Shown here piece after piece: positions 37,252-45,973 of a stretch of DNA of 64,000 bases. The position numbers and the translations under genes are program-made. The stretch's first letter is position 1. Every line of letters starts with the position of its first letter. This DNA is from an uncultured Chloroflexota bacterium (lineage in GTDB: Bacteria > Chloroflexota > UBA11872): positions 8,765-72,764 of the forward strand of contig CAYRCL010000010.1 of NCBI GenBank assembly GCA_964422795.1, read 5' to 3'. The notes under the pieces are model-generated. The model was not told the DNA's origin, did no database searches, and saw only the letters and a program-made list of their open reading frames with translations.

Positions 37252-37737
37252 ATCGACCTCATTAATCTGATCGAAAGACTCGAAGCGCTTGTTGGTGCCT
37301 CTCAACGTGTTCCGTTGATGCGCAAGGCGGTTGTTGATGATCGAGCTCTGCTCGCCATTGTCGATGAGATGCGCGTTCGAATTCCGGAGGAAATACGAGA
37401 GGCTCGCCGCATTTTGCGAGAACGTGAGCAGATCCCGCAGTCGGCTCAAATGGAGGCTGAACAGATCATCCAAGAGGCGAGAGAGCAAGCGGATCAACTG
37501 ATTCGGGACGAAGAGGTTGTCAAAGAGGCTGAGGCACGTGCGCAGCAGTTGATTGCGGAAGCAGAAGAGCAAGTGGAGGCTTCACGAGAAGAAATGGACG
37601 TTTACGCGCTGAACATGTTGCGTGATCTCGAGCGGCGGATGCAGTCACATCTTTCAAGTATTCAACGCGGTGTGCTTGCGTTAGATCAGGAAGTTGCGGA
37701 GCCCCTGGAGCTTGAGGACGATCCGAGCGTCGAATAG
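37252..37737 (+). CDS. conserved coiled-coil protein (ATP-synthase-b-like / 'ATPase' annotation family), start proposed at non-canonical ATC
   Basis: The track ORF starts at TTG 37315. The frame is open back to TAG 37243-37245 with no canonical start. The extension IDLINLIERLEALVGASQRVPL looks like the N-terminus I recall for this family (M..DLL..LE.L......VP...K..VD). GGGGGT lies 8 nt before ATC 37252. Confidence 0.6.
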   Translation: MDLINLIERLEALVGASQRVPLMRKAVVDDRALLAIVDEMRVRIPEEIREARRILREREQIPQSAQMEAEQIIQEAREQADQLIRDEEVVKEAEARAQQLIAEAEEQVEASREEMDVYALNMLRDLERRMQSHLSSIQRGVLALDQEVAEPLELEDDPSVE

Positions 37738-37774
37738 TTCAAGACTCGTTCCTTAATAGTATTCGGGGTGTTGG

Positions 37775-38296
37775 ATGCCTGATTTTGTTTTTAATGTGTC
37801 CCGATTGTTGGCTCAGGTGGCAGGTTCCTATCGTGCTGAGGGTGTGGAGGCTCCGAGGCAGGTGCTTGATGTTCCTGAATTGGTTGGACCTGTTTGTGGC
37901 GAAGTTCGTCTGACTCGGCTAGAAGATGCGGTTCTTGTAAGCGGGTGTATGTGTGCGGTAGTTCGCGTGCCTTGTGCGCGGTGCGATGAGGACTTAGATA
38001 CTGAAGTGCAATATGAGATCAACGACGAATTTGTTCCTGTTATTGATCAAGCACGAGATTTGAGTGCTCAAGTTGGTGATCGCTGGATGCTCGATCCTGA
38101 GCATAACCTTGATCTACGCGATGTTCTCGCAGAAGGCGTCATTAGTTCCATTCCGATACGAGTCGTGTGTGGCGAAGGTTGTGAGTTTGTTCAGGTGGAT
38201 GCGCATAGTGGTGATTCTCGATCCGACCCGCGATTGGTGGAACTCAAACGTTTACGTGACGAAATGTTTCCTGAAGATAGGCCGTCTCATGGATAA
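37775..38296 (+). CDS. DUF177 / YceD-family protein
   Basis: 173 aa, acidic, CARCDEDLD motif. Immediately upstream of rpmF, its usual position. Confidence 0.8.
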   Translation: MPDFVFNVSRLLAQVAGSYRAEGVEAPRQVLDVPELVGPVCGEVRLTRLEDAVLVSGCMCAVVRVPCARCDEDLDTEVQYEINDEFVPVIDQARDLSAQVGDRWMLDPEHNLDLRDVLAEGVISSIPIRVVCGEGCEFVQVDAHSGDSRSDPRLVELKRLRDEMFPEDRPSHG

Positions 38297-38305
38297 TGGG
38301 TGTAT

Positions 38306-38506
38306 ATGGGTGCTTTACCAAAACGCCGACTGACGCGTTCACGCTCGCGTTCACGGCGACACGCGGTGCATGCGAAACGTCCTAACATGGGGCGGTGTCC
38401 GACTTGTCGTGCTTTGGTGACAAGTCACCAAGTTTGCCCCGTGTGCGGAAATTATCGGGGGGCTCTCGTCGTGGATCCTACTGATCAGGCCGACAAGTAC
38501 CGGTAG
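38306..38506 (+). CDS. rpmF: 50S ribosomal protein L32 (Cys-containing form)
   Basis: MGALPKRRLTRSR start, CPTC...CPVCG zinc ribbon. Confidence 0.9.
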   Translation: MGALPKRRLTRSRSRSRRHAVHAKRPNMGRCPTCRALVTSHQVCPVCGNYRGALVVDPTDQADKYR

Positions 38507-38530
38507 CTCAAAGACGCTCTCTCAATCGCC

Positions 38531-39526
38531 ATGATTGTTCAACGGGACAAAGCGGCGTTTATTTTTCCTGGTCAGGGTTCATATGGCGTTGGTATGGGGC
38601 GTGACCTCCACGACGCGTCGGCTGCCGCGCGCGAAGTGTGGAACTCAGTGGATTCGAGTCTTGCAGGTCAGTTTAGCGAGATAGTCTTTAGGGGATCTGA
38701 AGATGATTTGCGACCAACGGAGGTCCAACAGCCAGCTATTGTGGCGACATCCGTCGGAGCGCTTGCGGCGTTCAATGAGGTTATAGGAGTCAACGGTTCG
38801 GCGGTTGGTTCTGGCTATCCGATTGATGTGGTGGCTTTTGCTGGACACAGCGTTGGAATTATTTCGGCTCTCATTGCTGCTGGATGCACGCCGGTTGGAG
38901 AGGCTATTCCGCTGGTCCGCGATCGAGGACTCTATATGGCCGACGCAGCGCAAGCGAAACCTGGACGAATGGCAGCCGTCCTTGGCTTAGAGCTCGCTGA
39001 GGTCGAAAAGCTGGTTGCACGCATACGGAACGAAATCCCAGGTAGCTATTTGTCTATTGCGAACATCAATGCACCAGGGCAAGTAATTGTGGCTGGTGAC
39101 TTACTGGCAATCGATCAGATAGTTGGTGAGGGGAAGGCAGCTGGGGCACGCAGAGTGGTGACTCTTAATGTCAGTGGAGCGTTTCACACGATTGCAATGT
39201 TGCCAGCCCGTTCCGCGATGAATGATCGACTGGTTGCCGTGGGGATCGATCCACCAGTTGCTCCGCTGATCAGCAACATTGATGCATCGAAGCTAACAAA
39301 TGCTCTGTCAATTCGTGCAGAATTAGCCGACCACATCGTTGCTCCAGTGCAATGGCTCGATGGCGTGCGTACGATTGAAGGACTTGGTGTGCGTCATATC
39401 GTTGAATTTGGACACGGTTCGGTGTTGAACGGCATGCTGAGGCGTACGTTGAGTACTGTAGAGCTACATAACGTGACTGATTGGGAGTCGGCGTGTGACG
39501 TGGCCAATAGGCTGACTAATGGTTAA
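38531..39526 (+). CDS. fabD: ACP S-malonyltransferase
   Basis: FIFPGQGSY and the GHSVG active-site serine motif. Confidence 0.92.
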   Translation: MIVQRDKAAFIFPGQGSYGVGMGRDLHDASAAAREVWNSVDSSLAGQFSEIVFRGSEDDLRPTEVQQPAIVATSVGALAAFNEVIGVNGSAVGSGYPIDVVAFAGHSVGIISALIAAGCTPVGEAIPLVRDRGLYMADAAQAKPGRMAAVLGLELAEVEKLVARIRNEIPGSYLSIANINAPGQVIVAGDLLAIDQIVGEGKAAGARRVVTLNVSGAFHTIAMLPARSAMNDRLVAVGIDPPVAPLISNIDASKLTNALSIRAELADHIVAPVQWLDGVRTIEGLGVRHIVEFGHGSVLNGMLRRTLSTVELHNVTDWESACDVANRLTNG

Positions 39527-40277
39527 GGATCTGAGACTTGCTGGGGAGCGTGTGCTCATCACTGGTGCTTCCGGTGCTCTGGGAGGGGCGTTTGCGCTTC
39601 GTCTAGCAGAGGAGGGTGCCGACCTTGCGTTGCACTACAACGCTAATGCAGCTATGGCTGAGGATCTTGCGACAAAGATCCGAGCAGATGGTCGAGAGGT
39701 TGTGACGATCCACGCTGATCTTTCAACGGTCGAAGGTGCGGAGGAAGTGGTCGATCGTGCACAGCAGGCCCTGGGCGGCCTCGATGCGCTTGTGAATAAT
39801 GCAGGGATAACGAGAGACACGTTGTTGGTTCGTATGTCCGATGACCAGTGGGATGATGTTATGCAAACAAATCTACGCTCGGCGTTCGTATGCTCACGAC
39901 GTGCTGTCCGAGAAATGATTCGGCGACGTAAAGGGCGTATCGTCAATATCGCCTCGGTTGCTGGCTTGATCGGTAATGCGGGGCAGACCAACTATGCTGC
40001 GGCAAAGGCGGGGTTAGTTGGATTTACTCGCGCGCTAGCACGTGAGATTGGAAGCCGAGGTATCACGGTTAATGCCGTAGCACCGGGTTTTGTTGTGTCT
40101 CCGTTAACTGATGCTATACCAGATGATTTGAGGGATGCGGCGTTGCGATCAATCCCGATGGGTCGTTTTGCAAATCCTGTGGAGATCGCGGGTGCCGTTG
40201 CTTTTCTACTTTCCGAAGATGGCGCTTATGTCACCGGTCATGTTTTGACTGTGGACGGTGGCGTCTCCATGGACTGA
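39519..40277 (+). CDS. fabG: 3-oxoacyl-ACP reductase
   Basis: ITGASGALG, NNAGITRD, YAAAKAG. Overlaps the fabD stop. Confidence 0.9.
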   Translation: MVKDLRLAGERVLITGASGALGGAFALRLAEEGADLALHYNANAAMAEDLATKIRADGREVVTIHADLSTVEGAEEVVDRAQQALGGLDALVNNAGITRDTLLVRMSDDQWDDVMQTNLRSAFVCSRRAVREMIRRRKGRIVNIASVAGLIGNAGQTNYAAAKAGLVGFTRALAREIGSRGITVNAVAPGFVVSPLTDAIPDDLRDAALRSIPMGRFANPVEIAGAVAFLLSEDGAYVTGHVLTVDGGVSMD

Positions 40278-40280
40278 TCC

Positions 40281-41639
40281 ATGTTTGACAAAGTATTGAT
40301 CTCGAACCGGGGAGAGATGGCGGTGCGAATCATCCGGGCTTGCCGCGATATAGGTATTCGGACAGTGGCTATTTATTCGGAAGCGGATGCTGATTCTCTG
40401 CATGTAAAGATGGCTGACGAGTCTGTTTGTGTTGGTCCTGCGCCGTCGTTATCGAGCTATCTTAATGTGCCGCATATTATTGCAGCGGCACTAAATACAG
40501 GGTCTGATGCTATTCACCCGGGGGCGGGATTTCTTGCTGAAAACGCCTATTTTTCTGAGGTGTGTCGACGCTATCACATTACGTTTGTTGGTCCGACACC
40601 TGAGAATATTCGTGCTATGGGTGACAAAACCGAGGCACGTGCTGCTGCTCAAGCTTCTGGACTTCCGGTTATTCCGGGATCTGATGGTGCCGTTTCTGAT
40701 GTGAATGAAGCTAAGTCGCTGGCTCGCGACATTGGATTCCCTGTCATGCTTAAGGCCTCGGCTGGTGGTGGAGGCCGGGGGATTCGATGTGCCCACGATG
40801 TTGATGAATTGATTGCATTGTTCCCGTTGGCACAGGCGGAAGCTAGAAGTTCGTTCGGGCAATCTGATCTATACATAGAGAAACTGATCGAACCGTCTCG
40901 CCACGTGGAAGTTCAGATTCTTGGTGACGACTCGGGTGTGATTCATTTGAGCCATCGAGAGTGTTCTATTCAGCGTCGATATCAGAAGATTGTGGAGGAA
41001 GCTCCAGCTCCCAGTTTGAAGGGGCGGTTGGGCGAACGAATAACACGGGCTGCAGTCCGGATGGCTGATTCCATTGGATATCAAGGAGCAGGAACCGTCG
41101 AGTTTCTTCTCGATAGCCAGGGCGAATTTTATTTCATTGAGACAAACACACGTATTCAAGTGGAACACCCGGCGACTGAGGCGGTCACAAACCTTGACAT
41201 CGTGAAGGCCCAGCTTGCTATAGCGGCTGGCGAAGGCGCAGGCATGCGTCAGCGAGATCTCAAGGTCTCGGGGCACGCGATTGAATTCCGTCTTATCGCA
41301 GAAGACCCTGATCGAGACTTTCGGCCAGATACGGGGGTCATCACGGAACTAAGGCTTCCTGGGGGTCCGGGCGTTCGTGTAGACACTCATATTTTCTCGG
41401 GTTATGAAGTGTCTCCGTACTATGATCCTCTTTTAGCCAAGGTGATTGTCGTCGGCTCTACTCGTGATGAAGCAGTGAGACGTGGTCGCCGTGCACTATC
41501 TGAGACGGTTGTGGGAGGACTTGCAACTAACGTTGGTCTGCATCAGGATATTTTGCGCGATCAACGTTTTATTTCCGGGGAATACGATCTCAGCTACGTT
41601 AGTGGAAATCCGATGCCAATAGCGGAATCTGCGTACTAG
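40281..41639 (+). CDS. accC: acetyl-CoA carboxylase biotin carboxylase subunit
   Basis: MFDKVLISNRGEMAVRIIRACRDIGI, ATP-grasp GGGGRGI, EMNTR-like ETNTRIQVEHP. Confidence 0.95.
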   Translation: MFDKVLISNRGEMAVRIIRACRDIGIRTVAIYSEADADSLHVKMADESVCVGPAPSLSSYLNVPHIIAAALNTGSDAIHPGAGFLAENAYFSEVCRRYHITFVGPTPENIRAMGDKTEARAAAQASGLPVIPGSDGAVSDVNEAKSLARDIGFPVMLKASAGGGGRGIRCAHDVDELIALFPLAQAEARSSFGQSDLYIEKLIEPSRHVEVQILGDDSGVIHLSHRECSIQRRYQKIVEEAPAPSLKGRLGERITRAAVRMADSIGYQGAGTVEFLLDSQGEFYFIETNTRIQVEHPATEAVTNLDIVKAQLAIAAGEGAGMRQRDLKVSGHAIEFRLIAEDPDRDFRPDTGVITELRLPGGPGVRVDTHIFSGYEVSPYYDPLLAKVIVVGSTRDEAVRRGRRALSETVVGGLATNVGLHQDILRDQRFISGEYDLSYVSGNPMPIAESAY

Positions 41640-41644
41640 ATCGT

Positions 41645-42076
41645 ATGGCCTCTCGACGCCGGCGCGGTCGCCGACTAGCACGGGAGGCTGCGATGCGCTT
41701 AGTTTATGAGTCGGATATTGTGCATCGGTCGCCGATTGACTTACTTGACAAGCGCGGGCATGAATTGAGGACAGATGAGGAAACGCTAGCCTATGTTCGA
41801 TCGCTTGTACGCTATGTGGCGGATAATAGGGATGAGCTCGATATTTCGATTGGGACGATCGCGCCTACATGGCCCGTTGATCAGATGCCTCGTTTGGATG
41901 TCGCTATCTTGCGAATTGCCATTTCAGAAATCGATGGAGGCGATGTTCCTGATGCTGTCGTTGTTAATGAAGCCGTTGAGCTCGCGAAGCGTTATTGCAG
42001 CGCTGGGTCAGCGCGAATGATCAATGGAGCTCTCGGTTCGTATGTGCGTAACAGAACGGTTTCCGCTGGATCGTGA
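41645..42076 (+). CDS. nusB: transcription antitermination factor NusB
   Basis: 143 aa. RRLAREAAMRLVYE N-terminus and NEAVELAKRY..AGSARMINGAL C-terminal motif. Confidence 0.88.
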   Translation: MASRRRRGRRLAREAAMRLVYESDIVHRSPIDLLDKRGHELRTDEETLAYVRSLVRYVADNRDELDISIGTIAPTWPVDQMPRLDVAILRIAISEIDGGDVPDAVVVNEAVELAKRYCSAGSARMINGALGSYVRNRTVSAGS

Positions 42077-42092
42077 TCGGTAGGCTGATCTG

Positions 42093-42902
42093 ATGACTGA
42101 AGCCGACCAGTCGATTCCGAATGCAATAGAACCCGAGGACCCGCTCGGTGGGTCGATGACGCTCCGTGAGCATTTGGATGAGCTGCGTAGGCGGCTCACT
42201 ATCGCCGTTATCGCCGTGCTTGTCGCAAGTTTTGCGGTGTGGCCGTTTAGGGACTTTGTCTTTTGGCTGGTACAGCAGCCGCTACCGCGTGGCGCTGCGC
42301 TTCAGCAAATTGCTCCCACCGAGACCCTTTTTGTGTTCATTAAGATTTCTTTTATTGGGGGCTTCGGGATCGCTAGCCCGATAGTTCTATATCAGGTTTT
42401 GTCATTTGTGGCGCCTGGGCTTTACCCACAAGAGCGTCGTTGGTTGTACCTCAGCATTCCAGCTATTGCCATAGCTTTTGCGATTGGCTCGGCATTCGCG
42501 TGGTTTGTTGTGCTTCGGTTCACGGTGGGATTCTTGGCTGGCTTTGCCCCCGCAAGCATTGCAACCGAGTTTACGGTTGATGGCTGGGTGACCTTCGTCC
42601 TTAGAATTCTCCTGGCTGTTGGTCTTGCCTTCGAGACACCTTATGTGATTTTTGCTTTGGCCAAGATCGGTGTGGTGAGTGCTGATACGCTCGCCAAACA
42701 GCGACGATATGCGATTGTTGCAATCGCCATTATCTCGGCCATCATTACGCCGACACCTGACCCGTTCACTCAGGCTTCCGTCGGTATTCCCATCTACGCC
42801 CTATATGAGATCGGCATAGTCTTGGCCCGGGTCGCTCCACCATATGATGCAAGCCAGGATGATTCTGAGAGTGCCCAGTCGTATTCGGATCCGGATATCT
42901 AA
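42093..42902 (+). CDS. tatC: twin-arginine translocase subunit TatC
   Basis: MTLREHLDELRRRL, six hydrophobic segments, TPTPDP motif. Confidence 0.9.
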   Translation: MTEADQSIPNAIEPEDPLGGSMTLREHLDELRRRLTIAVIAVLVASFAVWPFRDFVFWLVQQPLPRGAALQQIAPTETLFVFIKISFIGGFGIASPIVLYQVLSFVAPGLYPQERRWLYLSIPAIAIAFAIGSAFAWFVVLRFTVGFLAGFAPASIATEFTVDGWVTFVLRILLAVGLAFETPYVIFALAKIGVVSADTLAKQRRYAIVAIAIISAIITPTPDPFTQASVGIPIYALYEIGIVLARVAPPYDASQDDSESAQSYSDPDI

Positions 42903-43842
42903 GACCGGAACTAGGTGTAGGAGGGAGGCAAAGTCCAAGCGTATCCGCTGTGCTCTGAAAGTCTTCTGGCAGGGGTGCTGATGCTGTCCAGTGGGATCCC
43001 ACCAAGTCGTCAAATTGCAATGTCCACGCGTGGAGTAATGGGCGTGTTGCGAGCGTTCCCGCTTTTCCGTATGTAGTGTCACCGAGTATTGGGTGACCAA
43101 TTGCTGCCATATGCACACGGATCTGATGAGTGCGTCCGGTCAATGGTGCTGCCTCAATAAGAGCCGTGTTTTGCGCATGCGCGATCACCTTGTACGTCGT
43201 CTCTGCTGGTCGTCCTCGCGATACAACTGCCATTTTGGTGCGGCGTGTGGGGTGTCGACCCACGGATGCGTTAATACGTCCAAACGATGCTTCCGGAATG
43301 CCTCGAGCGAAAAGCAAGTAGCGTTTATGAATTTTCCGTTGTTCAAATAATTGCGATAGGTGTGTATAAAAGGTGGGTGTCCGAGCAATTAGGACCACGC
43401 CAGATGTTCCTTTGTCGAGGCGATGCACAATGCCTGGGCGTCGCGGATGGCCTATATTAAGCAGCTCCGGGTAATGAAAGAGCAGATGGTGGGCCAGAGT
43501 TCCGGACATAGTTCCTGCACCCGGATGCATCACGATCCCTGCAGGTTTATCAATTGCGAGGAAGTTAGGAGTATCGAGAACTCGAGTAATGTTCCCGGGT
43601 TCTCCGATTAATTCTGGTACGGGTGTTCGACGTTCGACACAGACAAGATCACCCAGGCGCAACTGGAGGCTGGGGCGTGTCTGAGTGCCATTAACTGTTA
43701 CTAGGCCATCGCGAATTAGTCGAGCTGCGTTTGTTCGGCTCAAGTCATCGAGAGCGGAGGCCACGAACTGATCAAGACGTACTGCCTCAGAATTGTTCTC
43801 GTACCGCAGCATTACTTGATCTGAATTGTTGTTCACCGTCAA
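42766..43842 (-). CDS. rluD: RluA-family 23S rRNA pseudouridine synthase (RluD-like, with S4 domain)
   Basis: S4-like LDQFVASAL...ARLIRDGLVTVNG and catalytic HRLDKGTSGVVLIA. The last ~55 residues look non-homologous and lie antisense to the tatC 3' end. Confidence 0.85.
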   Translation of the reverse strand: MTVNNNSDQVMLRYENNSEAVRLDQFVASALDDLSRTNAARLIRDGLVTVNGTQTRPSLQLRLGDLVCVERRTPVPELIGEPGNITRVLDTPNFLAIDKPAGIVMHPGAGTMSGTLAHHLLFHYPELLNIGHPRRPGIVHRLDKGTSGVVLIARTPTFYTHLSQLFEQRKIHKRYLLFARGIPEASFGRINASVGRHPTRRTKMAVVSRGRPAETTYKVIAHAQNTALIEAAPLTGRTHQIRVHMAAIGHPILGDTTYGKAGTLATRPLLHAWTLQFDDLVGSHWTASAPLPEDFQSTADTLGLCLPPTPSSGLRYPDPNTTGHSQNHPGLHHMVERPGPRLCRSHIGRRWEYRRKPE

Positions 43843-44041
43843 TTTGGGATCAATTCGTTAAAGAGGATGGATGTCACGGAACATGGATTATCTAGAGCAG
43901 GGCTAATGAGTCGGCAACGTTCTTTGACTGGGATCCCAAGTTTTGGGCATAAATTGTGCGAAACAAATACATAATGCTGAATTTTGGTGGGACATAAGTC
44001 TTCTTAGTGATGAATTCGTTGCAGTGAATTCACGATATTGA

Positions 44042-44683
44042 TTGTGTGCAGAATATACTCAAGAGTATTTGCGCTGCTGGTGGATTGGACTCCTCCGACT
44101 GGCAGCTTTTCTTGGTGGTGTCGTGTTTAGGCGTAACAGCAACATCTTCCTTGAAATATTAGAGACGGTGCTACTCGCAGCACTGATATTTTTTGGAACC
44201 CGACTTCTTGTGCAGAATTTTCGTATCGAAGGTCCAAGTATGTCTCCTAATCTAGTTGACGCGCAGTTTCTTCTCGTCAATAAGCTTTCTTATGTGGCTA
44301 GTGAACCGGAACGTGGCGATGTGATCGTCTTTCGTTCACCGCGCAGCCCGGACGAGGATTTGGTGAAACGTGTTGTTGCGTTACCGAATGAAGAAGTTGA
44401 GATCAAGGAGGGTTCAGTTTTCGTTAACGGTCGTCGACTTAACGAGTCGAGCTATTTTCAGAATTCTGTAGATAGAGACACAGCGCTTCTTCGAGTGCCA
44501 GATGGAGCCTATTTTGTTTTAGGTGATAATCGTTTGCACAGTCGAGATTCACGAGATATTGGACCTATACCTCGTGCCTCGATCGTAGGTCGGGTATGGC
44601 TCGTCTATTGGCCTCCTTCAGATTTTGGCGTTGTTCCGACGTATCGTTCGTTCTTCGAACCTGAGCCAGTTCGGGCAGCTTGA
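44042..44683 (+). CDS. lepB: signal peptidase I
   Basis: GPSMSPNL (catalytic Ser), VKRVVALPNEEVEI (Lys box), GDNRLHSRDSRDIGPIP. Start uncertain (TTG 44042 directly after an in-frame TGA). Confidence 0.9.
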   Translation: MCAEYTQEYLRCWWIGLLRLAAFLGGVVFRRNSNIFLEILETVLLAALIFFGTRLLVQNFRIEGPSMSPNLVDAQFLLVNKLSYVASEPERGDVIVFRSPRSPDEDLVKRVVALPNEEVEIKEGSVFVNGRRLNESSYFQNSVDRDTALLRVPDGAYFVLGDNRLHSRDSRDIGPIPRASIVGRVWLVYWPPSDFGVVPTYRSFFEPEPVRAA

Positions 44684-44704
44684 TTGCGTCTGGATGCAGC
44701 TTGA

Positions 44705-45250
44705 TCATTCTTCGGTTTTCCAAGCTGTGACCAGACGATCATGTGTTTGTCCAAGTGTTTCGGGGAGCACTTTGACGTCGCCGGTTACAGGCATGAAGTT
44801 AGTATCGCCGTTCCATCTAGGAACGATGTGAAAATGGACGTGCCCTGGTATTCCGGCACCAGCCGCTGTGCCAAGGTTCATGCCGATGTTATAGCCATCT
44901 GGCGTGAACTCTTGCTCTAGGACCGTGCGTGATTCGGTCAAGAGCGATATAAGCTCGTTTGCTTCGTCCGTTTCAAGTTCGTCGAGATCGGCTACATGGC
45001 GGTAAGGGAGAATTAAGAGATGGCCGTTGTTGTAAGGGTGCAGATTGAGCGTCACGTAGGCTTGATGTCCGGCTCGTACGATCAAGCCTGGCAGCTTAGC
45101 TGCGTGCACAGCCTGGGTGCAGAATGGACACTCAGACTTAGTGCGACTGCCTTCGGTTACGTAGGTCATACGCCATGGACTCCAGAGCCTTTGTGATGCC
45201 AGATGAAGCTCCAGAGGGATGGGCAGCAACGCTTGTGCATGCTGCGGCAA
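44705..45250 (-). CDS. HIT-family nucleotide hydrolase/transferase (Ap4A phosphorylase-like)
   Basis: LWSPWRMTYV N-terminal motif and histidine triad HVHFHIVPR. Confidence 0.85.
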   Translation of the reverse strand: MPQHAQALLPIPLELHLASQRLWSPWRMTYVTEGSRTKSECPFCTQAVHAAKLPGLIVRAGHQAYVTLNLHPYNNGHLLILPYRHVADLDELETDEANELISLLTESRTVLEQEFTPDGYNIGMNLGTAAGAGIPGHVHFHIVPRWNGDTNFMPVTGDVKVLPETLGQTHDRLVTAWKTEE

Positions 45251-45936
45251 ATCTTGATGTTGATATTACCGGTGATGCTTTAACAAAGCTCGCAACATAT
45301 GCCTCGTTACTGCGTCGGAGAGCTTCGCATGAGGGTTTGATGTCGGAGCGTGCAGTAAACGAACTTGATCGTCATCTTTTAGACTCAATTGCGATTTGCC
45401 GTGCTGTGCCCGTTGATGGGCCATCGCTGCGGGCAATTGATGTTGGGTCGGGAGCAGGGCTTCCAGGCGTCGTTATCGCTATTCTACGTCCGCGTCTATC
45501 TTTCACCCTACTTGATGCTGGTCGGCGTCGAATTAGATTCCTACACGATGTTGCGGCTGATGTAGCGGGTCTAGCGATCCAACCAGTCCAGATGCGAGCT
45601 GAAATTGCTGGTCAGGGTGTGCTTCGTGAAACTTTTGACTTGGCTGTAGCTCGGGCCTTGGCTCCGATGCCAACATTAGTTGAGTTGGTGCTGCCGCTCG
45701 TCTCTGTGGGTGGTGCGTTGCTCGCGCACAAGACACGCCGGGCAAAAGGTGAGATTGAATCTGCTGCCTATGCAATTGAAGTGTGCGGTGGGTCTCCGGC
45801 ACGGATTAATCCGTATAGCTTGCCTGACCGTGATGTGGAGAGGCTGATAGTCACTGTAAGAAAGCGATCGTCAACACCCGCAATCTATCCACGTCGAGAT
45901 GGTGTGCCAAAACGACGTCCGCTACTATTCCCATGA
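45175..45936 (+). CDS. rsmG: 16S rRNA (guanine527-N7)-methyltransferase RsmG
   Basis: DVGSGAGLPGVVIAI SAM motif and family-typical length. Start uncertain (ATG 45196 is an alternative, which reduces the divergent overlap with the HIT gene). Confidence 0.8.
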   Translation: MDSRAFVMPDEAPEGWAATLVHAAANLDVDITGDALTKLATYASLLRRRASHEGLMSERAVNELDRHLLDSIAICRAVPVDGPSLRAIDVGSGAGLPGVVIAILRPRLSFTLLDAGRRRIRFLHDVAADVAGLAIQPVQMRAEIAGQGVLRETFDLAVARALAPMPTLVELVLPLVSVGGALLAHKTRRAKGEIESAAYAIEVCGGSPARINPYSLPDRDVERLIVTVRKRSSTPAIYPRRDGVPKRRPLLFP

Positions 45937-45973
45937 GTGCCACGGCATCAGAGCCACTGCTACGATCATAGGC

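Noticed and set aside
44024-44033. Perfect palindrome GTGAATTCAC upstream of lepB as a Rex or CRP/FNR site
   Set aside because: The half-sites resemble Rex (GTGAA/TTCAC) but have zero spacer instead of 4 nt. There is no flanking TT/AA and no redox-related target gene. It also contains an EcoRI-type hexamer that arises easily by chance.
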